A stretch of 64,000 bases of DNA, taken from positions 1 through 64,000 of the forward strand of contig CBFFRP010000284.1 of assembly GCA_965644295.1 (NCBI GenBank), written 5' to 3'. The position numbers and the translations under genes are program-made. Every line of letters begins with the position of its first letter. The stretch's first letter is position 1. Origin of the DNA: Paraphysomonas bandaiensis. Taxonomy: Eukaryota; Protista; Chrysophyceae. Positions 9,364-21,167 of this stretch are shown one piece after another. Under the pieces are notes generated by a model, which was not told the DNA's origin, did not search any database, and saw only the letters and a program-made list of their open reading frames with translations.

Positions 9364-9445
9364 GGGATTCTGTGTCACCCACACAAATTATGGTAGGGGA
9401 TTCTGTGTCACCCACACAAATTATGGTAGGGGATTCTGTGACACT
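9364..9445 (+). repeat. 33-bp tandem direct repeats (2 full copies + 1 partial)
   Basis: GGGATTCTGTGTCACCCACACAAATTATGGTAG starts at 9364 and 9397, with a partial copy at 9430. Confidence 0.95.
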
Positions 9446-9645
9446 CGTACGTCACGCGGATTCACACCCACGGATTATTCAATGTCGGTTAATTTCACAA
9501 GTGAGGGACCTTAGAAATCGACTTCGAAAAACGCTTTGCAGTTGTTGACACTTGCCAAAACCTTTGACTGAACCACCCTTCTTTCGGTATGTGCTCCCAC
9601 CAATTTTCAGTAAGTGCTATCGCCTATAAATTGATGGAAGGGGTC

Positions 9646-9708
9646 TATATTGATATACGGGGAACTATGTGACACTAAAGTGTCACAGAGTCCCCGTATA
9701 TCAATATA
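9646..9708. repeat. Near-perfect 63-nt palindrome/hairpin
   Basis: TATATTGATATACGGGG-aacta-TGTGACACT aa AGTGTCACA-gagt-CCCCGTATATCAATATA. Confidence 0.93.
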
Positions 9709-9804
9709 TATCATCATCACCACCACAACTGGCATTATGGCACTGGCTTTTTATAACATAAACTATATAATAAATTTTATTTTATAACTTTTTCTAATTT
9801 TCAT

Positions 9805-9839
9805 AAAAGCCAAAAAGCCAGAAAGCCAAAAAGCCAAAA
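9805..9839 (+). repeat. (AAAAGCCA)x4 octamer array beside a very AT-rich tract
   Basis: aaaagcca aaaagcca gaaagcca aaaagcca; inverted copy TGGCTTTT at about 9744. Confidence 0.85.
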
Positions 9840-10078
9840 CTATATTTTTATTTTATTATAAGATAATTATTTAATATTATATAAAGTAATTAATTTTTAT
9901 TTAAAGTATAGTATTATTAATATAATTATATAAGCTATAATAATTATATTTAAAGATAGAGTGAAAAGGAAGAATAATAAAACGAATGTTTTATTATGAT
10001 ACGAGAGCCCTTCTGGCTCAGGAAGAAATGCCTAAGCGGCATAGAGCGCCCCCCCGGCCCTTCCGCCTTTCTGTGTGT

Positions 10079-11287
10079 CTACCTGATGAAGAGAAATTCT
10101 ACGGATTCACTGCTGCGGATTGGTTTGATACTATCGTAGAAGTTCTCAATAAATTTGGAGTTGAGGTTAACGCTGACAATGTTTGCGACATTGTTGAGTT
10201 TTAGCTTGGAGATAACTGTGCTACAAACAGAAAATTGGCTACTGATTCTGGTAACACCGTATTACTTGTGTGAAATTGTCGTATGTTATAATATATATTA
10301 GGTGTACCCCTAGTTGGATGTGCATCTCACCGACTAAATCTCGCTGTCAATGAACTCATTGGCAGCAAAGAGAAGAGTAATAACCAAGGAGATGTGACAA
10401 GATCTGACGAAGGCATTAGGCCTCTTATTCGCAAAGTAGACCTACTAATGGGGAAGTTGAAGCAGATTAAGAATGCTGCATTGCTACGTGGCCAAACCAG
10501 TCTGCTACCAGAAAGGGTAAATGTCACAAGATGGTCTTCTATGTTTCAGGTTCTCGTAAAGTGGATGCGTATAAAAGATCATGTATTAAAAATTGAAGAC
10601 TTACCGCTTGCTGTTACTGATATGATTCCTACTCCTCGACGGAATACCGAAATAATCGCCCTTGTAGACGACCTGAGGAAGTTTGAAAGCGTCTCGAAAT
10701 TGCTTCAAACTGGAGGATCAAGTCAAGTGAATCTTTATGAATGCCGGAACATATTTGATGGCTTATTGAGGGACTTTAGGCCAAAGTATCCACTATCTGC
10801 TTTACAGAAAAACAGTCCCATTGTTAATGATCCGAATTTCGAGAATGGAATTGCAAAACTCCAAGCAGGCGAAGAATTGGACTTGACAAGATCTGAGAAA
10901 GATGCTGTTAGAATATATCTCCGTTCAGACAGTGATTATTGCAACAATACAGAGAATGATGAAGCTGAAGTTGGCTATGCGGAAAAAATTCTTCAATCAG
11001 CTCAAAAACTTAAGAAGCGGAAAGTTGAAATATCTAAGTACAGGTGCACGAGTCATGTAGTATGTACTTCCAATACGTGTGAACGCCTGTTCAGCGCAGA
11101 AAAACTGATTATATCAGTGTTGCGCAAACGTATGCATCCTACTACACTTAATATGCTGTTGTTTCAGAAAGCTAACCGACAGTTGTGGCCGGATGCAAGC
11201 ATATTTCAATCAATATTGAATGAATATGGTGATGATGATGTCACCGATGATGGCTCAGAGGATGAGTATGAGGAAACTTTTAATTAG
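10079..11287 (+). pseudogene. hAT transposase pseudogene
   Basis: GDNCATNRKLA, VPLVGCASHRLNLAV, TRWSS, TSNTCERLFS; in-frame TAG at 10202-10204; intron about 10251-10301; N-terminus missing. Confidence 0.85.
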
Positions 11288-11508
11288 TTAAGAGTAGTGG
11301 GTTTGATTATCAAGTGACCTTAGACCTTATAAAATATGGCAAGTACTAAAAATGAAAACTACGGATGTGTTTACTTACTGATTAGTCATACTAATATATT
11401 GCAATATATTGCAATATAGTATTGTAAGGCCGGTTTAAAAAATCCATCAATACTATTGATGGAACGCTACCTAACAATAGTATTGCAATATATTGTTCCC
11501 TATCCCTG
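10079..11508 (+). mobile_element. 5'-truncated hAT DNA transposon with right end
   Basis: Transposase motifs plus subterminal CAATA/TATTG repeats (11395-11495) ending CCCTG at 11508 (CAGGG on the minus strand). Confidence 0.8.
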
Positions 11509-11984
11509 TGACAACCTAACTCTGGATCGATGTTACCCGAGCCATGGAACGCATTCTAACGTCCACAATATGGCACTGGCGTCTTTCTAAAACAGCCGGC
11601 CGTACATCACACACCCCATGATCATTGATTTTGAAACCCTTTGTGATGAATGGACGCTGGAGAATTATACTGCGCTTCGCGATTCGCGACCAACTCCATG
11701 GTCATAATCTTGATCGAGCACCTAGTTACTGGAAAGGAAGTGGTGCCTTACTTACGCATAAACTGGCTCTAGCAGATTGCGGCAGATCAAAGGTAAAGGA
11801 CAGTTCATATCTACGACAGCGCATACTCAATACAGCCCTGACATGGGACAAATTCTTCAGCATTGGTAGGAACAGGGCTAAAACAAAATATGGCTCATGG
11901 TATAACTCAAGGTATGGCTCATGCACCTTAATTAGTCCAGACTCTTACACGCCTATCGCTAAAAAAGACATTCACTACTGGTGA
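11509..11984 (+). pseudogene. Decayed retroelement fragment (LINE-like C-terminal region)
   Basis: Peptide LLTHKLA...LTWDKFFSIGRNRAKTK is similar to the opposite-strand fragment at 12150-12790. Family assignment is inferred. Confidence 0.45.
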
Positions 11985-12149
11985 TATAATAGGAAATCAG
12001 AGTTAAGCACTGGTTAGTTAAATAGTATGAATCTATGAATCATAAATACATATCAGCAGCTAAACACTAAAAATGAATCCCATCCTTTATAATATACAAC
12101 AAGTGTTCTGGCCTACCATCTACATATATAACTGTACCACACTAACCAT

Positions 12150-12790
12150 GTAATACAGGATTTACAAATTTACAATGATACAGATGGTTTGGTCCTACAA
12201 TGGATGGCTTCTTTATGTTACTGGAAGACGATTTGGACACTCGAAGCACATATGTTTCATAAAGTCGAAGGGTTGGGCACAGTCCAAAGAGGCAGCGTTG
12301 TCGTGATCGATTGCCAGATTTTGTCTTGGTGCGATTGAGACGAATACTGTATGACTTGTGTCATGTGAAAGCGGCATTGAGGGTTTTCGGTTTGAGGTGT
12401 AAACTGGATTTTTCCTTCGTTGATAGGCAGTTAGCCTTTGCTAGTTTGTGTGGGAGGAAGGAGCTTCCACCTGTCCGTATCAATGTGCTTTTTCACGATT
12501 GGTCCCGTACGCAGGAGTGATACATAGGCCAAGAGAGTGTGTTGGTCACGATGGGTGTGGGGGTCAAGAAGCATAGGATGAGTAGTGTTGGAACGAGTGC
12601 TATCTGTGATGCGCCAATGCCAGATTCCTACGGTGAGGAGATGTTGCACAGCTGAGTCAACAATGATCTGACATTTCGTCTAGTTGCCAATCCTAGAATG
12701 CGATCAACTTCAAACCATTCATCTCCAGTCACCGTATCTACTAGACAGATCCCTTTGTTCACGTATGATCAGCATAGAGGTTTGGTTGTA
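12150..12790 (-). pseudogene. Second decayed fragment of the same retroelement-like family
   Basis: Minus-strand reading FLPHKLAKANC...LNAAFT*HKSYSIRLNRTKTKSG, with stops. Confidence 0.45.
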
Positions 12791-13361
12791 CGACAGCCAT
12801 TACATAAGACACATTCGTGTATTATATGGCTTTAATTGAACATAAATATAATGCTTCAGAGAGTTGTGTAGATGTCTTTAGGATGTTGACAAAGGAAATC
12901 ATTTGCTACTGTTCGTCATCATGATGTTAAATGAAATATATGGATGAGGTTGTTTAGTTATATCCTCGTCTCTATCATGCAACCTCTGCTTGTATGATCC
13001 ATCTGTACACAGTTCCAAAAAACGAAGGTTTTATATCAATTATTCGTTTTTTCATAGCTAAGTACATAGAAATACACGAGTTTCATATCATATTTATAGT
13101 AGTGCTACTGAATACCGTAAATCATGTACATACATACATGTACATACATACATACACACATATGTCAGTGCAATCATCCCCTGTACATATATATATGTAT
13201 GTATACATATGCAGCAGTATACAGCCTTGTGTCCGTTTATAAGAATAGATGTATGTGTGGTAGTTGTATAGGTGTGCTGTACACAGCATTACGTGCAGTA
13301 TAGTAGTGCATATTAGTGAAGTGGAGTCCAGGACACCAGTTCATAGTTTCAATAACCCCTC

Positions 13362-14981
13362 ATGTCATCCTTCCTAGCGCCAAACAACTGCACTATTGAT
13401 CGGGTAAGATACATATGGAGATGTCTGCTTCTATCTCATACAAGGAACTATCCAGGAACTTGCTTTTCGTATAAGAGCCCAGTATGGAACCCCAGTATAT
13501 GTATATGATGAAACTACATTGATTCAAAATGCAGAGGCAACTCTTGCATTTCCATCGCGGTTTGGTCTAACAGTGCGGTTTGCAATGAAAGCGTGTCCCA
13601 ATGCAGCCATTTTACAGGTCAGACGATATGTATACATATATTCTGTAATCTAACAAGAAACGTGAAGATATTTGATAAACGGGGCTTGCATTTTGATGCA
13701 TCAAGTGGATTTGAAGTAAAGAGAGCTATTTTGGCTGGTATACCACCAAGCAAGATTAGTTTGTCTTCACAAGAGTTTCCGGACGATTTCAATGAGCTCT
13801 ATCCTCTTGGAATTGAATTCAATGCATGTTCTTTGTGGCAGTTGGAACGATTTGGACAAATGTTTCCAGGTGGAAGTTGTGGTATACGGTTCAATCCAGG
13901 ACTGGGCAGCGGTGGAACGGAAAAAACCAATGTTGGTGGTCCGTCGTCTTCTTTTGGGGTGTGGCACGAACTACAAAATGACGTGAAAGTTAGTAGTTTC
14001 GGAAATATAATAAACGTGATAAACATCTCTCTGCAGGCCATGGCTGCTCGTTATGGTGTCTGTATCAAGCGGATTCATACGCACATTGGGTCGGGATCTG
14101 ACCCGTCTGTCTGGCAGCGGGCTGCCGGACTGTCTCTCGCCCTTGTGGAGCAATTTCCCGACGTTACGGTTCTAAATTTGGGTACGGATCACCATCTTTG
14201 TTTGTAGCTCTTATCTATTACTGTTAATCATATAGGTGGCGGGTTCAAGGTTGCACGAGTGCAGGAAGAAGTCGCCACTGACCTTCAGGTGATAGGTGCC
14301 CAAGTGCGGGATGAGATAGCAGATTTCGAAGCGCGTACTGGCCGAGCTCTGCATTTCGAAATTGAGCCGGGTACCTATCTTACCGCCAATGCTGGGTACC
14401 TCTTGTGCTCTGTACAAGACCTAACAACTACTGGGGAGCAAGGGCATTCGTACATAAAGATAGATGCAGGGATGACGGAGGTGCTCCGGCCATCGTTGTA
14501 CGGCGCATGCCACCCTATCAGTGTTCTCTCACAGGACTCCTCACTCTCATGCTCAGCGCAAGACCCACAGGAGTATATTGTAGTTGGACATTGTTGTGAG
14601 TCAGGTGATCTCCTGAGCTGTGCCCCGGGTAACCCTGACGTACTACTGCGACGCACCCTTCCTGCCGCCCGTATAGGTATGTTTTATTTATGTATTCGCA
14701 TCACCATCCCATATTGCTCCCTGTTTACCAACTGTATAATTATATTGTGCAGGGGATGTGCTTATAGTGAGTGGGTGTGGGGCATATTGCTCCAGTATGA
14801 GTACCAAGAACTACAATTCGTTTCCAGAAGCCGCAGAGGTACTCGTGGACCGTTCCGGACAGTGTCACCTCATTAGAAGGTGAGTTTAGTGTCTAGTGTT
14901 TACTATAATGGTAATGAATTTCCCAGGCGACAAACATTGGAGCAGATTATTCAGAATGAAGTTCTCTATTTTTCGTCGTAG
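13362..14981 (+). CDS. lysA: Diaminopimelate decarboxylase (multi-exon)
   Basis: [19 protein letters not shown] (PLP Lys), [40 protein letters not shown]; short GT-AG introns, first at 13404-13455. Confidence 0.92.
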
Positions 14982-15420
14982 ATTAAGTAATGCATAGAGC
15001 ATAGATCAGTTTCCTTTTATATATTACGTCCAAAAAGGTTTTCACCCACAACATGAAAGGGATGTATATGATATCTATGCATTTTCTTTTTGTGGTATTG
15101 TATCGTGCTTGAAATAATTGAGTGCTTTTGTTATTCGTATCTATCATGCATGGTGCACCACCATGGTTTGTTACTTGTGCAGATAGGTTATTACGTTGAT
15201 GTAAAGTAGAAGAAAGCAGATACTATGCATTCATTATTGACATATTACTGAGCTATAAACTAGTATACTGGTGCGCTTATGTGCATTATCAAGCAAGCAG
15301 AAAAAGACGTTTCTATCGACAAACACCTGATATCAGTAGTGACACGGCATCAGAACCGACTAAAGTCGTTGCCAATCACGTCCACAACCGAAATAAATAC
15401 TTCCACATGTAATTGATCTA

Positions 15421-15924
15421 TTAGTTCTCACTACCATCGTTGGAATTGAGGGATAGTTGATTTCGAGCCTGCTCTTGCAGCGCATCCAATTTCTCCTCTT
15501 CATCGTCATCTTCTTCGTCCTCTTCCTTTATTGCATCGTTGGATTCTGACAGAACGCCAACTTGGCATTTCGCAAGCATCGACTCTCCATTTACCCACGC
15601 ATGAAACTTATTAAACATTGCGGTACAGTCTTTCCCGGCTCCTAGCATGAGTTTCTTCTCCCCACCTGGATGATAAGCCATATACTGGGTAATATTGTAC
15701 ACTTTTCCATTCAATGCAGTCCAGCAATCAAATTGAGTATTATGTTGAGCAAGTTCTTCACGGGAAATATTTCTTAATGGTCCACCATTACGACCAGATA
15801 AATCATGAGCATGTTGTGTTAGTCTCATCCAATCTGTTAGATGAAAGCCTGGTTTTAATGCAACCTTTTCACGGCTTCTTCCTTTCTTATCAGAAGGTGG
15901 AAGTATATCAGATGCAGATGCCAT
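15421..15924 (-). CDS. Cytochrome b5-like heme-binding protein (CYB5R4/Irc21 N-terminal type)
   Basis: KVALKPGFHLTDW, DCW, VYNIT, HPGG, FNKFHAWVN. Confidence 0.9.
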   Translation of the reverse strand: MASASDILPPSDKKGRSREKVALKPGFHLTDWMRLTQHAHDLSGRNGGPLRNISREELAQHNTQFDCWTALNGKVYNITQYMAYHPGGEKKLMLGAGKDCTAMFNKFHAWVNGESMLAKCQVGVLSESNDAIKEEDEEDDDEEEKLDALQEQARNQLSLNSNDGSEN

Positions 15925-16211
15925 GAAAGAGATTTAATTCCTATTAGTATAGAGATAATAAGATGGTTAATTGGAGTGGACAGTCTATAGCTATATATGT
16001 ATGTGTGGTCCTATACTGTAATGAGTGTGATATATACGTACACCAGTACAGTGGACTCAATAACACTGATGTACTGTAGTATAGCGTACCATTGTACTTG
16101 TAGATTGTACTTATATAGGCAAAATGTCCAATATATCAGTACAGTACACTGTATGATCCATTCACGTTATCTAGTCCAGCAGCAGTATGTATGTACATAT
16201 ATGTTTGCGCA

Positions 16212-16300
16212 TGTATGTATGTATGTATGTATGTATGTATGTATGTATGTATGTATGTATGTATGTATGTATGTATGTATGTATGTATGTATGTATGTAT
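16212..16300. repeat. (TATG)n microsatellite
   Basis: Direct reading. Confidence 0.97.
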
Positions 16301-16459
16301 AGACAACAGTATGAATGTATGTTAATATAAGATGGAGATCCCCTCTCACTGTGAATCACATCTACACATACATTCCTCACCTCTATATCCCTCCTTTCTC
16401 TTCACATGCTCTTTCATTAAACAACATATCAATTCTTATATATAAATCTCTTCTAGATA

Positions 16460-19274
16460 ATGAAAGCTCCTAAAGCATTTCGACGTGATAAGAAACGTGA
16501 GATCATATCAAATCATCCAACAGATAATAATATAAACACTACACAATCAGATGGAAATAAAACTATACATGAATCTGATAGTGTTAAAAGTTATGATAGT
16601 AATACAGAATATAAAAGAGATTTTGTATTTGCAAAATGTTATGTAGATATTGAGAAGTTAACAACTAATAAGACATCATTCAGTCAAGTACCATTAAAGA
16701 CTTCAATTAATCGAGTGGATAATGGAAGTTCAATTATTTCTGAATTATGTAAAATATTTCAGGTAATGAATTGTTTTATGAGATAATAGTATTCAGTCAT
16801 TTAACTCTTTAATATGAAGGGGCGAGTTGATATGGAGGACAGGGAAATCGGGTATTCAATAAAGGTGTCTCGACCTAACTTGTATGAAAACGAGATACGA
16901 TTAAGCACTTCTGAACGTGCACTTGGGTGCGTTCTATTATTTGCATTACGAGTAATTATAATATCTTTATTAGGTATTTCAAGAATTACTATTTGTATCT
17001 TTCAAGGGAGCAAGCGTCGTTCCGAAGATTAATGGATGAAAATGTCGTTTTCGAATTGGACAACTACAAAGCCACGCGATTGCGAGAGGTGACGAAGCAT
17101 AAGGAAGAGTGCGAGCGTGTGTCGCGGGAGATACAAGCCTTGCAGGAGAGCCTGGCCAAAACAAAGAAAAGCTTGCTAAAAACAATGGATGACGTGGAAG
17201 CTGCCCGCGACAAGCTGCAGATATTGAACCGTGCAGTAGAAGAAGCCGCCAAAATGTCTGAAGAGAAGAAGCGTGAGAAGGAGAAAGAGTCAAAGCAAAT
17301 TATGGGTCGGATTTTGAGTGCCTTCGAAACTACCCCTGAGCAAGATCGAGACAAACAGCTACGCCGTCTCAACAGGCTGGAGGCGGAGATGGTGGCCAGG
17401 AGCGACGAGATAGCTACCAAGAAGAAGGCATTGCTAGATCTATATGCGGAGCGAGATGTCGTATTTGCTGAGGTTTGTCTGTGATCTTTACTAAATTATG
17501 CTGTGCACCACCATATTCCAGTGACGTATTGTATAGGCCTCAAAAGCTTTCGAGCTCGCGGAGAAAGGGCGACTGCAACACACAGAGAAAGTTTTGCGCA
17601 CGTTCTGTAAGATGGAGCGCGAGGCTCTGGAATCGCGGCTGCGTTTACTAAAGTCTTTAGAGGTATTGATGTGCTGAATATATTTACTTATGGTGGTGAG
17701 GAACATTACAGGAGGGTGCCTTGTCGACACTGGACGCCCAGGCTGACGCCGAGCTCTTCTCGTCACGGGAAAGAGATCCTGAAAGGACTCATCGTTGTTC
17801 CAACGCTATGCAAGTAATGGACTGGGACTACCAACGCCGATGTGGGTCAAAGATTGAAGATGGACGAAGCGGATTAGACCAAGAGGTAGCCGAGTCTAGT
17901 GTGTGGAGTGATGTGGAGGGGGAGGACCCTGACACTAAGGACGCTGACTCAGTCACCGAAAGCACTCCGCCGGATGTGCAAGAGAAGAGTGATGGCGCGA
18001 GTGAGAATGAAAAAGGGGAAAGAGAATTTGGACAAGAAGAAGACAAGCCTGCTGATGGGTCTGTGTCTGGTGATTGCGGGACTACAGAGAATGATAATGT
18101 CACCTGTGGTCTGGTTGAGGAGCTCACGGAAAAATACATATTCGACGAAGCTGGAGCTGATAGAAGTGAATCGAACGAAGCCATAGCTGACCTATGTGAG
18201 AGGGCATTTGCAGACGAAGCAGGCATGGATATGTTTCTGCAAGTACTCGATGACAAGCGGGGCCGTAGCGCTGTGTTGGGAGAAAATGCATTCAAGAACA
18301 TGACCACCGCTATGAAGGTATATATACTCTTCTGTCCCCAATATCCTAACTCGTTTTCCAGTGTTTTTTGGACAAGTGCCTTGACCTTTGGGATGTTAAA
18401 GCAGCTTTGCGCATTGCGAACATGTCGATTACCTTCCACATGAGGTAGTACTGCGCATTTCGTGTTGGGTGCCCACGGCTAACTCGTGTCTACCACGTGT
18501 ATTTTTCAGAATCTACCCGCCTGCAACCATGGAGACAGGAGAGGAAGGTGACCAGGATCAGCCTGTGGAAACAAAGCACTACGTCCAACGTGAACAGGAG
18601 ATCCGAGAACACAAGCTATGGCATCTAAAGGGCTTCTGGGAAGATGCCCTGATGCATGGTGTAAAAGCGCAGCTGAATATGATGGAGCCTGTGCTCTGGG
18701 ACGAACTAGAACCGGACATGCTACGGGAGAAGGTCATCGGTATGTGTTTTGTTGACGTTATCAGCTATATACTCTCTAATGGTGGGATTGTAGCAATTCA
18801 CAACATTGTATTTGGACAACTGGGTACCATGGCGTTTACTATGCACGAGATGGGCCTCTTGCAGGAGGAAGTGGAGCGCTTGATCATGTCGATGAGTGCT
18901 GGCGCACAACTTGGAGAGGATCAACAGCTTGAACTCCTTAGCAGCATTAGGCATGTAAATTTTCACCCTCCACTCTTCACTCTCACTAACTATCCGCCTG
19001 CAGCTTGTCATATAAGAACACTGTGTATCCTGAACGAAGTAGATCGTCCTCTACACTTGACTCTACAGGAGCAGTGGATGGCACTGACTTAGGACACAAG
19101 GATGTTGGTTCTGATGAGGTCCCGAAATGCGAGAATGCTGATAGCTTTGTGGTTAACTTCACTGAACGGCGAGTGGAGTCATCCCAAGGAAATGATAACA
19201 ACGAGGATATTGGTCGAATTAGTGCAAGTTCGCGACAGATTTACTCGGATTCTGATGTTAGAGATCTGTTGTAA
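16460..19274 (+). CDS. Multi-exon coiled-coil protein with SBF2-like domain
   Basis: Exon chain with GT-AG introns; long coiled coil; HKLWHLKGFWEDA and NIVFGQLGTMAFTM resemble the SBF2 (DENN/MTMR-associated) domain. Confidence 0.65.
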
Positions 19275-20215
19275 ATAAATATGTATACGCTGTTGTGTGG
19301 ATTTAATGTGGTTTTAAGATGATAGATAAATTTATTTCGATATCTTATATTTCGCAGCATGCATGTAGAGTAACTAGGAGCGATGGCGCGATTGCCAGCA
19401 GTCACTAGCAAAGACACTAACTAGTAGTATCTAATACTATCGCCTGTTGGCGACACTACGTAAATGTATAATTATGTACGTATAGTTCTATCACTTGTTT
19501 AGTCAGAATTATTTTACTTAGGTTCATCCCTACCACGGCTATAGCATACGTAAATACAAAATACACTACGGCAATACAGTAGGGTTCCAACTTTCATATT
19601 ACACTAACCCTAATACCGCTAAAGTTGACACAATTTAGTTAAATGCTTATATATGTTACGAACTGAGTGTATAAACGTATAAACAACGTCTTCATTTTCT
19701 GTGATTGACTTCTATAGTCACTGTTCGTTGAATGCATTTACCAAATTATTAGGTTTTAACGGATACGCGAAGTAGTGACATTTCTTCATAGAACAGTGTT
19801 TCTTCGGTATAGTTGCTATCGTTTTTACCTTCGTAACAATTGACGCCCTCATGAACTGTTTGTTCCAGCTGGACATTTAACACTCCTGAAAGCCACAAAC
19901 TTGTAGTATTGACAAGTCCAGATTCTATTTTCTCAGGTAGTAATAGGTAGGTTGTAAACGTTTCGCTAATTATTCATAGGAATATTGCAAGCCATAACTA
20001 TCCTAATTCGAGTGATTTAACCTCTACTTGTGCAACACAGTACACATGGCAATAGTATAATATCGACATGATATTCCTAGCCTATTTACGAAATGTAACC
20101 CCTCGACTTCCTGCCGTAAGATGATATTTAAAAAGGCACGTAAAATGAAGCACCCATTATTATTTATTAATACCCCAGCCCAATCAGTGAGCCACAAACA
20201 GTCGGAGCATAAATA

Positions 20216-20588
20216 TTACACCTTCTTTAAGTATGGGTTTGAAGACGGAATGCGGTAAGTATTGAATGCATTCTCGAATTTTGTGTAATTCTTCTTACGC
20301 GACTCGAACACCTCGACACCACGGATTTCCGAACTTCCTTTGGAAAGGTCAGATTTAGCTTGTCGAATGAAGTCATCCCTTCTATCCAATTGAAAGAAAT
20401 ATTCGGAATTTAAATGCCGGCGTTTCGGCTTTATACAGAGAGTGTTACAACATATAATATACAAGTATAGTTACGATTACCCTGTCGCGGGTAGCATCCA
20501 TTACAGATGCTCGAAGGGCTCCGCCAAAGTAAAAGACGAGAAAACCCACCGCTACCATTGCAGATGATGGGAGAGCGGCGTAAGGCAT
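20216..20588 (-). CDS. Small TM protein, NDUFA1 (MWFE)-like complex I subunit, two exons
   Basis: Spliced MPYAALPSSAMVAVGFLVFYFGG...RPKRRHLNSEYFFQLDRRD; one TM helix followed by the KR...L.RD pattern. Confidence 0.55.
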
Positions 20589-21167
20589 GATTACTCTGAT
20601 ATAACACACATGTTAGTTATTAATTCATAATAATCCTTTAATTTACGTACATTTAAATGTTACAGGAACAACCTGAAGAGATAGTAATAATGTTTGATTA
20701 TTTTTTTAATTATTTAGAGTATTTGTGATGGCAATATCTCTACCAGAGACAATTGTGTGTAATTGATATGTATGCATATATGCATATATATATATATGTG
20801 TCGTAGCATATACAGAGAGTGCATAACATAAAACACATCACACATACAAGCATGCGTATATATTCCATATATAGTATACTCCAGTCATATAATGAAAGCA
20901 CCAGCAGCAAAATAGTGCGACCAACATACTGCTGTACATATACCAAACTCTGTATTTTAGTACCTTCAAGGGTGTGTACATATATACAGGTACTGGTGTA
21001 CATATATCTGGTACTGCTGTACACTAGTTTACAATACCAAATATATCTTTCACCAATACACATTATCCCCCTGCCTGATTATCATCCATTATACACTTAC
21101 TGTGAGTATGAACATCAACAAAATTTAATAAAAGTATTAACTACATAAATTTTAAATATAAATCTTG

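Larger units (their letters stand above)
5389..10080. mobile_element. Endogenous Polinton-like virus / virophage-like element (right-hand part)
   Basis: AT-rich, intronless, tightly packed ORFs including a packaging ATPase and a penton-like protein; repeat- and hairpin-rich end; abrupt switch to hAT coding sequence at about 10079. Confidence 0.85.

Noticed and set aside
9364-9445. 33-bp repeats as a CRISPR array
   Set aside because: Units are contiguous with no unique spacers, there are no cas genes, and the context is eukaryotic.
9986-10204. 72-aa ORF as a real gene
   Set aside because: Appears to be a chimera of the viral terminus and mid-transposase hAT codons ending at a nonsense mutation.
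19600-19615. CTAACCCTAA as telomeric repeat
   Set aside because: Fewer than two units; likely chance.
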